From Aulosira sp. ZfuVER01 (GTDB lineage: Bacteria; Cyanobacteriota; Cyanobacteriia; Cyanobacteriales; Nostocaceae), in assembly GCA_034530615.2 (NCBI GenBank), contig JAVRCV020000005.1:1-64000 (forward strand): a DNA stretch of 64,000 nucleotides, given 5' to 3'. A program made the position numbers and the translations under genes. The stretch's first letter is position 1, and each line of letters starts with the position of its first letter. The notes beneath the pieces were generated by a model. It saw only the letters and a program-made list of their open reading frames with translations, was not told the DNA's origin and searched no databases. Shown here one piece after another: positions 57,044-64,000 of the stretch.

Positions 57044-57568
57044 TTAGTGAGGATACCAAAACATACCTTTTATACCCTCTGGATCGGCCATAAAACCCAT
57101 AGTCCGGTAGAAATCAACAACGTGGGGGTCAGCGAAGAGAGTGACATTACTAATCTCTTCACTTCTGAGTTTTTTCAGCACGTATTTCATCAGTGCTTTA
57201 CCCAGACCCTTACCTTGAAAGTCAGGGTGAACGACTACATCCCAGATAGTGGCATTAAAGGCGTGATCTGAAGTAGCACGGGCAAAACCAATAAGCCGCC
57301 TTTGGTTTCCTCGGACTTGCCACATTGAGGCAACGAGAAAACTATGCTCAATAGCTTTTTTTACTTTTCTTAGAGGGCGACGTGACCAACCAACAGCATC
57401 ACAGAGTTCTTCGAGTTCATACAAGTCTATATCTCGCTCTGTGCTGAAGACAATGCGATCGCTATTAGGGCTATTGCCCATAAATTCTGCGCTCATCTCT
57501 TCTAAGGGAGCTGTTCTGGTTGTCGCTGTAGATTCAGAAGTACTAAACCAAGTTTTCCAAAAACCCAT
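57044..57568 (-). CDS. ycf52: GNAT acetyltransferase (Ycf52-like)
   Basis: [36 protein letters not shown]. Confidence 0.85.
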   Translation of the reverse strand: MGFWKTWFSTSESTATTRTAPLEEMSAEFMGNSPNSDRIVFSTERDIDLYELEELCDAVGWSRRPLRKVKKAIEHSFLVASMWQVRGNQRRLIGFARATSDHAFNATIWDVVVHPDFQGKGLGKALMKYVLKKLRSEEISNVTLFADPHVVDFYRTMGFMADPEGIKGMFWYPH

Positions 57569-58125
57569 GCCGACGTGGTTCGGGTAGTATAACTGAATTG
57601 GCTTCCACTATTAAAAGCGGTGATTCACTTCTAACAACGCTAGTTCCATCTACTACCCCTCACACTCAAGATATTTTTGGTGTTTTTAGGGTTTTCAATG
57701 GTGACAGGCTGCTAAGGCGTGTTTTCCACCAATCATTTTCAACTTTAGCATTTTGTTGTAAAGCTAGGAGAAATTCGCCAAAAGGGAAAAATAAGAGAGT
57801 GAATTTTATATAAAGACAAGAATCGGGGATGAGCAATTAGAGGATTTTTTGGCAAATTAATCTAGAATGGACTCTCCGATAAGGTACATCAGCAAAAAGT
57901 CAAGCATTTGCGCAGTTAAAAGCCGAGGCATCTTAAAAGTGCTGGCTATAAATATTGAGAGGGGTAATACCCTTTGTTAATTGACCAACAGTATGCTGGA
58001 GATTGGGAAATAATTTGTCGCCAGCCTCTATCTTTAGATATGAAAAATCAAAAATTGTGTGGAAAAATTTAGTGTGACACACAAGGACTGATGCTTCCCA
58101 GTAAGCAAATTTCTTTGTAGAGTTT

Positions 58126-58161
58126 CCCAATCCCCTTTCCAGTCCCTAGTCCCCAGTCCCC
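58126..58161. repeat. STRR1-type CCCCAGT heptamer repeats
   Basis: CCAGTCCCTAGTCCCCAGTCCCC. Confidence 0.7.
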
Positions 58162-58194
58162 TGGTGACAAATCTCGCGAGTCCTACCCCCAAAG

Positions 58195-58914
58195 ATGGCT
58201 TCTGGTTTAAAATCTTCGACTCTGGAACTCCTAAAACGCTTTAACCGAGCGTTCCCCCAGTTTTATGAACAGTTTGTTAGCAGTGAAATTCAACTGCAAA
58301 ATTTACGACTAGCCTACCGTCTCTATAAAACTAGACGCGCTGTCATCGAGCTGAAACCGGAAGGTAGCAAAAGCGCTCTGCATTTTGCTTACCGTAACCA
58401 GTCTTTTCTCCTCAGCGATATTTTTGGTGTGCTGGCTGCTTACGGGCTGACTATTCACGGTTTAAGTCTATACGGTCAAATCCGACCACCGATGTTAGTG
58501 TTTATTAAACTGCTGGTATCTCGTGGTAGTAAAGCCTTGACCGATAAAACCGCAGATAATGTCTGTAGAGCAATTCGTGAGGCTCTAGGAGGGCGATTTG
58601 AGGTAGAAGAAATGCTGGCTGTAGAATTCAACCTCGATACTGGCTTAGAGCAAGTACAGACAGAGTTTTATGTCGATCCAGTCTTTCATCTTCCGGCTTT
58701 AGTTATTGAAGCTGATAATCAACCGGGATTATTCTACAAAGTGATGTACGCTATCTGGCAGGAAGACTTGCTGGTAGTCAATGCCAACTTGCTAGTTTGG
58801 CGGGGACGTACACGGCTAATTCTCTATTTATTGGGGCCGAATGAAAGTCTCATTCCTGAATATTTGGGTCACAAAATTGCTGAAGGTGTGCGACAGAGAT
58901 TACTAGGTAAATGA
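58195..58914 (+). CDS. Conserved ACT-domain protein (resembles GlnD C-terminal ACT repeats)
   Basis: RNQSFLLSDIFGVLAAYGLTI and ADNQPGLFYKV ACT-like motifs. Confidence 0.7.
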   Translation: MASGLKSSTLELLKRFNRAFPQFYEQFVSSEIQLQNLRLAYRLYKTRRAVIELKPEGSKSALHFAYRNQSFLLSDIFGVLAAYGLTIHGLSLYGQIRPPMLVFIKLLVSRGSKALTDKTADNVCRAIREALGGRFEVEEMLAVEFNLDTGLEQVQTEFYVDPVFHLPALVIEADNQPGLFYKVMYAIWQEDLLVVNANLLVWRGRTRLILYLLGPNESLIPEYLGHKIAEGVRQRLLGK

Positions 58915-59024
58915 CGTGAACTATTAATTACAAATTATGAAGGAGAAAATTTTTCCACCTTTAGCCTTCATCCTTTTGCATTCCATATTTAGTCGCACCC
59001 GCCCTTAAAGGTACGATATTAAGT

Positions 59025-59975
59025 ATGGCAACAATCGAAATCTTGGGCGTTCCACACGCATACGAGCTAACTGCTCCCACATCTTGCCCCCATACTTTAG
59101 TTTTTATTCACGGTTGGCTAAATAGCCGTGGGTACTGGCAGCCTGTAATTTCTCGTCTGTCAGAAGATTTACAATGCCTTTGTTACGATTTACGGGGTTT
59201 TGGTGAGTCCCAATCCCAGCCAGATACCGAGTTGAGTCAGGCAGAAGTTTCTGTCAGTCTGGCTCGCAATTTCAAGAGTGGAGTTAACTCACCGTTCGAT
59301 TCTATGTATACCCCATCTGCCTATGCCCAGGATTTAGCGGTCCTTTTGGAACAGCTACATATTACCAGTGCTTGGCTGATTGGTCACTCTTTAGGTGGCA
59401 CGATCGCTCTTTGGGCAGCAGATCTGATGCCCGATCGCGTTAAAGGAGTTATTTGTATTAATGCAGGTGGTGGCATTTATCTCAAAGAAGCCTTTGAGCA
59501 GTTCCGTTTGGCTGGTCAGCGATTTTTACAAGTCCGCCCTCGCTGGTTATCTCAAATACCTTTAATTGATTTACTATTTACCAGAACTAGTGTGGCGCGT
59601 CCCTTGGAACGTTATTGGGCGCGTCAGCGAGTAATTGATTTTGTCGTAGCCGATCCAGAAGCAGCGTTGGGAACACTCTTAGACTCTACAACTGAAGAGG
59701 AAATCAACCGCTTACCTCAACTAGTGGCTCAACTGAAACAGCCAGTTTATTTTTTGACAGGTAGCCACGATAAGGTCATGGAACCTAAGTATGTGCGTCA
59801 CTTAGCCAGCTTTCACCGACTGTTTCAATACTGTGGCGACAATGTAATTGAAATTCCTGATTGTGGACACTTAGCAATGTTAGAGCAGCCGGATGCAGTT
59901 GCTACTCATATCCGCTCAATTTTAAATCTTCAAGAAGAGTCAATAGTCAATAGTCAAGGGTCAAATAGGCAATAG
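59025..59975 (+). CDS. Alpha/beta fold hydrolase
   Basis: FIHGW, YDLRGFG, GHSLGG, CGH. Confidence 0.92.
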   Translation: MATIEILGVPHAYELTAPTSCPHTLVFIHGWLNSRGYWQPVISRLSEDLQCLCYDLRGFGESQSQPDTELSQAEVSVSLARNFKSGVNSPFDSMYTPSAYAQDLAVLLEQLHITSAWLIGHSLGGTIALWAADLMPDRVKGVICINAGGGIYLKEAFEQFRLAGQRFLQVRPRWLSQIPLIDLLFTRTSVARPLERYWARQRVIDFVVADPEAALGTLLDSTTEEEINRLPQLVAQLKQPVYFLTGSHDKVMEPKYVRHLASFHRLFQYCGDNVIEIPDCGHLAMLEQPDAVATHIRSILNLQEESIVNSQGSNRQ

Positions 59976-59990
59976 AGAAATACCCAATGA

Positions 59991-60104
59991 CACCACTTGC
60001 TACCCTGCAGGAACGCTTTTAGCGAACAAGCCGAGGCCAGTTGCTACAACGGAGGGAACCTCCGCAACGCACTGGCTCTCTAACGCAGTGGCTCCCCAAT
60101 GCCC
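59991..60104. repeat. Nested palindromic intergenic repeats
   Basis: GCCAGTTGCTACAACGGAGGGAACCTCCGCAACGCACTGGC inside a related CCACTTGC...CGCAGTGG unit. Confidence 0.6.
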
Positions 60105-60106
60105 TA

Positions 60107-61153
60107 CTAACCAATTTGATACAACTTCATAACCTGAGCAAGCGATAACCTAGATTCGACGCCTAGGGTTAAAGGAGATGTATGCCCTCGCGAAAGATGA
60201 TCGGCAGCGGCACAGGCAATCATGGCGGCATTATCGGTGCAAAATTTTAAGGGCGGGAAAAGGACACGTAAGTTATTTTCAGTTGCTGCTGCTTGTAAGT
60301 GTTTTCTAAGCCCACTGTTAGCTGCAACACCGCCACCAACAGCAATTGTATTTAGACCGTAATCAAGGGCACAGGCGATCGCCCTTTTTGTGAGCGATCG
60401 CGCTACTGTTTGTTGAAAGCTGGCTGCTACATCTGCTATGGGAATTTCAGTTTGATTTTTCTCTAGCTGTTGAACTAAACGCAGTACCGCTGTCTTTAAC
60501 CCGCTAAAACTCCCGTCATAGCGATGATATCCTCCACTAGGGAGTGAGACTTTTCCTTCTGGCAAAGCAAAGGCTTGGGGATCGCCTGTTTGTGCCAAGC
60601 GATCGATTACTGGTCCACCGGGATAACCCAACTTTAACAGTCGCGCTATTTTATCAAAAGCTTCTCCTGCCGCATCATCACGGGTTTCTCCTAGAGTTTC
60701 GTATATACCACAATCCTTAACGTAAATCAAGCTTGTATGTCCGCCCGAAACTAGTAAGCTAAGAAAAGGGGGATCTAAACTTGGCTCGCTCAAGTAAGTT
60801 GCATAAATGTGACCTTCAAGATGATGCACTCCCAAAAATGGCTTTCTTTGAATCATTGCTAAAGTTTTGGCAGCAGTTAAGCCTACCAACAGCGCTCCTA
60901 CAAGTCCAGGGGCACAGGTTGCTGCAATACCGTCAATTTGCTCCCAATTGATCTGGCTCTGCTCGAAAGCTTGAGCGATCGCCCAGTTGATTGTTTCTAA
61001 GTGCTGACGGGACGCTACCTCTGGTACTACCCCCCCATACTGCTGATGGATAGGGATTTGCGAAGCTATGATACTGCTGCAAACTTGACGATTGTTAACA
61101 ATTGCTACAGCAGTTTCATCACAGCTAGTTTCGATCGCTAAAACGGTTGCCAT
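60107..61153 (-). CDS. tsaD: tRNA N6-adenosine threonylcarbamoyltransferase
   Basis: [38 protein letters not shown]. Confidence 0.97.
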   Translation of the reverse strand: MATVLAIETSCDETAVAIVNNRQVCSSIIASQIPIHQQYGGVVPEVASRQHLETINWAIAQAFEQSQINWEQIDGIAATCAPGLVGALLVGLTAAKTLAMIQRKPFLGVHHLEGHIYATYLSEPSLDPPFLSLLVSGGHTSLIYVKDCGIYETLGETRDDAAGEAFDKIARLLKLGYPGGPVIDRLAQTGDPQAFALPEGKVSLPSGGYHRYDGSFSGLKTAVLRLVQQLEKNQTEIPIADVAASFQQTVARSLTKRAIACALDYGLNTIAVGGGVAANSGLRKHLQAAATENNLRVLFPPLKFCTDNAAMIACAAADHLSRGHTSPLTLGVESRLSLAQVMKLYQIG

Positions 61154-61444
61154 TGCTACAGGAGAGTAATGAGTAATCGATCTTGAGTTCTGAGCCTAGG
61201 TCTTGACACTAAGCTCTAAGCTATGAATGTTCTCAAATATTACGAAATTTTGTTCAATGCTAGGTACTCAGAACTCAAAACTCGATAGGAACTTGGTTGA
61301 GAAGCTTTAACTTTTATTTACTTAAACTTTACTCGGTTCCCAGGCAAGAGTATGATGACTTGCTAGTTATGTAAATAAAGACTGTACAAGCCGCTTCGTT
61401 TTGTACAAAAAACTTTTTGTTTTGTAATAAAAGGAAACAACTCC

Positions 61445-61939
61445 ATGCGACGATTGTTTGCTTTGATTTTAGCGATTTGTCTTTGGTTCAATTTTGCCCC
61501 GCCCGCAAAAGCGCTGGGGGCTAATCTTGCACCATGCGCAGACACTCCCGCTTTTCAAGAGCTAGCAAAAAATGCCCGTAATACTACCGCTGACCCACAA
61601 TCAGGGAAAAAGCGGTTTGAGCGTTATTCTCAAGCGCTTTGCGGCCCTGAGGGCTATCCTCATTTGATTGTTGATGGTCGCCTGGATCGTGCAGGTGACT
61701 TCTTAATTCCCAGCATTCTTTTCCTTTACATTACTGGTTGGATTGGTTGGGTAGGTCGTGCTTATCTGATAGCAATCAAAAAAGGATCTGATGCTGAACA
61801 AAAAGAAATCCAAATCGATCTCGGTTTGGCACTACCAATCATGGCAACAGGCTTTGCTTGGCCTGCGGCTGCTATCCAAGAATTACTTTCAGGTCAATTA
61901 ACAGCTAAGGATACAGAAATACCCGTTTCCCCACGCTAA
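61445..61939 (+). CDS. psaF: Photosystem I subunit III
   Basis: [27 protein letters not shown]. Confidence 0.97.
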   Translation: MRRLFALILAICLWFNFAPPAKALGANLAPCADTPAFQELAKNARNTTADPQSGKKRFERYSQALCGPEGYPHLIVDGRLDRAGDFLIPSILFLYITGWIGWVGRAYLIAIKKGSDAEQKEIQIDLGLALPIMATGFAWPAAAIQELLSGQLTAKDTEIPVSPR

Positions 61940-61977
61940 TCATCTGAACTCGTTCACTTGTTTTGGAGGCTAAATTC

Positions 61978-62127
61978 ATGGCAGATAAAGGCGACTCATC
62001 ATCGTATTTGATTAAGTTTATTTCCACCGCACCTGTAGCAGCAACCCTATGGTTGACAATTACAGCAGGGATTTTGATTGAATTTAACCGCTTTTTCCCT
62101 GACCTACTTTTCCACCCAATGCCGTAA
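61978..62127 (+). CDS. psaJ: Photosystem I subunit IX (49 aa, not in the ORF track)
   Basis: [57 protein letters not shown]. Confidence 0.97.
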   Translation: MADKGDSSSYLIKFISTAPVAATLWLTITAGILIEFNRFFPDLLFHPMP

Positions 62128-62394
62128 GTAGAATACGGTATTCTCACCAGCTGAATTTTTGTCTTCTGTCTAATTTTATGTAGTTATATTTTTCAACCTA
62201 ACTAGGTGAAAATATAGCTCAGATAGGCAGTACAAATAATTATTAGAAACTCGTATTCTCTTTACAGAGTACGAGTTTCATTTTTTTAATTAGCTAAATT
62301 AATTTTTCTAAACTTCACTGACAAAAAGCACCTTTAGCTACAATTATTATTAATAGAAAATGCCACAATTCTAATTTAGAGGCGAACATAAAAT

Positions 62395-62910
62395 ATGGCG
62401 CAAGCAGTAGATGCATCCAAAAATCTTCCCAGCGATCCTAGAAATCGTGAGGTTGTTTTTCCCGCAGGGCGCGATCCTCAAAGAGGCAACCTAGAAACGC
62501 CAATTAATTCTTCTCCCTTGGTGAAGTGGTTCATTAATAATTTGCCCGCATATCGCCCTGGTCTAACTCCTTTTAGACGTGGGCTAGAAGTTGGTATGGC
62601 TCATGGTTACTGGATCTTTGGACCCTTTGCCAAATTAGGTCCTCTGCGCAATGCACCTAGTGCTAACTTGGCTGGGTTACTAGGAGCTATCGGCTTGGTT
62701 GTACTTCTTACCGCCGCCCTATCTCTGTATGCTCACAGCAATCCTCCCAAAGCACTTGGTAGCGTGACTGCAAATCCTCCAGATGCTTTTACTACCAATG
62801 AAGGCTGGAATAACTTTTCTAGTGCTTTCTTAATTGGTGGTATTGGTGGCGCAGTAGTTGCTTACTTTTTGACTATCAATCTCGCACTAATTCAAGGTTT
62901 AGTGGGTTAA
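62395..62910 (+). CDS. psaL: Photosystem I subunit XI
   Basis: GNLETPIN, NLPAYR, RGLEVGMAHGY, GPLRN. Confidence 0.97.
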   Translation: MAQAVDASKNLPSDPRNREVVFPAGRDPQRGNLETPINSSPLVKWFINNLPAYRPGLTPFRRGLEVGMAHGYWIFGPFAKLGPLRNAPSANLAGLLGAIGLVVLLTAALSLYAHSNPPKALGSVTANPPDAFTTNEGWNNFSSAFLIGGIGGAVVAYFLTINLALIQGLVG

Positions 62911-63185
62911 ATAGATTTTCAACTGCCATTAATCTCTATGTTCTACAAAACTTCCCTTAGTGATTAATGGCGAGTAAAAACGAACTGTTCCTTGACCAAA
63001 ATTAAGCGTAGAAGTACTTAATTTGTGAACAGTAGCCAAGCTGCTCACTGTTTCTCTGGTATTGCCCAATACTGATTTATTGCTCGTTAAGCAAAAAAAT
63101 GGACACATAATAAAGCTTAGGTCTTTATATGTGTCCTTATTTGCTATGTCTTAAAAAAATTAAGCTTGCGACAACAGGCTGCAAA

Positions 63186-63785
63186 TCACCCAAACAAATC
63201 TGCTTCTAGGGATTTCAAAGCAGTTTCAAAATCGTCATTAACGATTTGAACATCAAATTCCGTTGCTGCTTTTACCTCTTCTTGGGCGCGGCGCAGACGA
63301 CGGGCGATCGCTTCTTCAGCATCCTGTGCGCGACCACGGATGCGCTTTTCCAATTCATCAAAGGAAGGTGGCAAGATAAAAATGCTATGGGCACTAGGGA
63401 AAGAAGTGCGAATTTGTCTTGCCCCTTCCAGCTCAATTTCTAGTACAACCAATTTTCCAGACCCAACTTGGTTAAGCACAGCTTCACGGGGTGTACCGTA
63501 ATAATTACCAGCAAATTCTGCCCACTCTAAAAATTCGCCTTGAGCAACCAATTGTTCAAACTTGCTACGGCTTACAAAGTAGTAATTTTTGCCGTTAATT
63601 TCTCCTGGGCGAGGAGAACGTGTCGTCATGGACACAGAGTAATACAGTTCCGGATGACGTTGCAACAATGCACGCAGTAAAGTGCCTTTGCCAACCCCAC
63701 TGGGACCCGTTAAAACAATTAGCCGGCCGGAAGGCGGGCATTCTTTAGTAGTAGCACCACTCTGGATGGGTAGAACTTGCATCAT
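63186..63785 (-). CDS. gmk: Guanylate kinase
   Basis: [23 protein letters not shown]. Confidence 0.97.
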   Translation of the reverse strand: MMQVLPIQSGATTKECPPSGRLIVLTGPSGVGKGTLLRALLQRHPELYYSVSMTTRSPRPGEINGKNYYFVSRSKFEQLVAQGEFLEWAEFAGNYYGTPREAVLNQVGSGKLVVLEIELEGARQIRTSFPSAHSIFILPPSFDELEKRIRGRAQDAEEAIARRLRRAQEEVKAATEFDVQIVNDDFETALKSLEADLFG

Positions 63786-63955
63786 CCGCTAAACCTGTGA
63801 ATTAATCGATAGACATAAGATTCATTAGTCTATTATTTGTTAGCTGTGTAACTCTTGACTAAGGAATTTGCCACACGGGTGACATAATAGTTGTCTAATT
63901 CACATGTTACTGCTGATAAGGTGCAAATAGGGTAGGGTTATTAGCCCATCCCTAC

Positions 63956-64000
63956 TTAATTATCTACAACTTGATGCTCGCGAGAAATTACGAAACGATT
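63956..64000 (-). CDS. C-terminus of a probable DUF370/RemA-family protein (partial)
   Basis: NRFVISREHQVVDN* upstream of gmk, where DUF370 genes usually lie; only 15 codons are visible. Confidence 0.55.
   Translation of the reverse strand, partial: NRFVISREHQVVDN

Overview
Chromosomal window from a heterocyst-forming-type cyanobacterium (Nostocales-like: frequent HIP1 GCGATCGC sites, STRR/MITE repeats, psaF-psaJ-psaL next to gmk). The left ~19.6 kb is accessory DNA. It holds a type III-B variant CRISPR-Cas locus (cas10/cmr2, cmr3, cmr4, cmr5, a cmr6-cmr1 fusion, an edge-truncated probable CARF effector, a 20-repeat array, cas2, cas1, csx18 and a divergent WYL regulator; no cas6 visible). 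Next to it is a tyrosine-integrase/excisionase/Prim-Pol-DUF3987 element integrated at tRNA-Phe, whose far att site I did not find, so the CRISPR locus may be its cargo. The rest is mostly core genome: znuACB and a porin with Zur-like boxes, NFACT/RqcH, sucrose-phosphate synthase, an inserted PAS-kinase/Hpt phosphorelay cluster, rbp, prfC, hemB, pdhB, secDF, a hepN-like kinase, tsaC, prmC, tic22, tRNA-Pro, tsaD, psaFJL and gmk, plus two candidate sRNAs. Most notable observations: (1) an atypical trailer unit beyond the array, made of a structure-conserving divergent repeat, a 112-bp insert with an exact 37-bp duplication, and a terminator; (2) Cmr4 appears to lack the catalytic Asp; (3) the newest spacer is tRNA-like; (4) 9-bp repeats are inverted between the integrase leader and its own coding linker. 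Gene names tied to Nostoc PCC 7120 synteny come from memory, not from a search.
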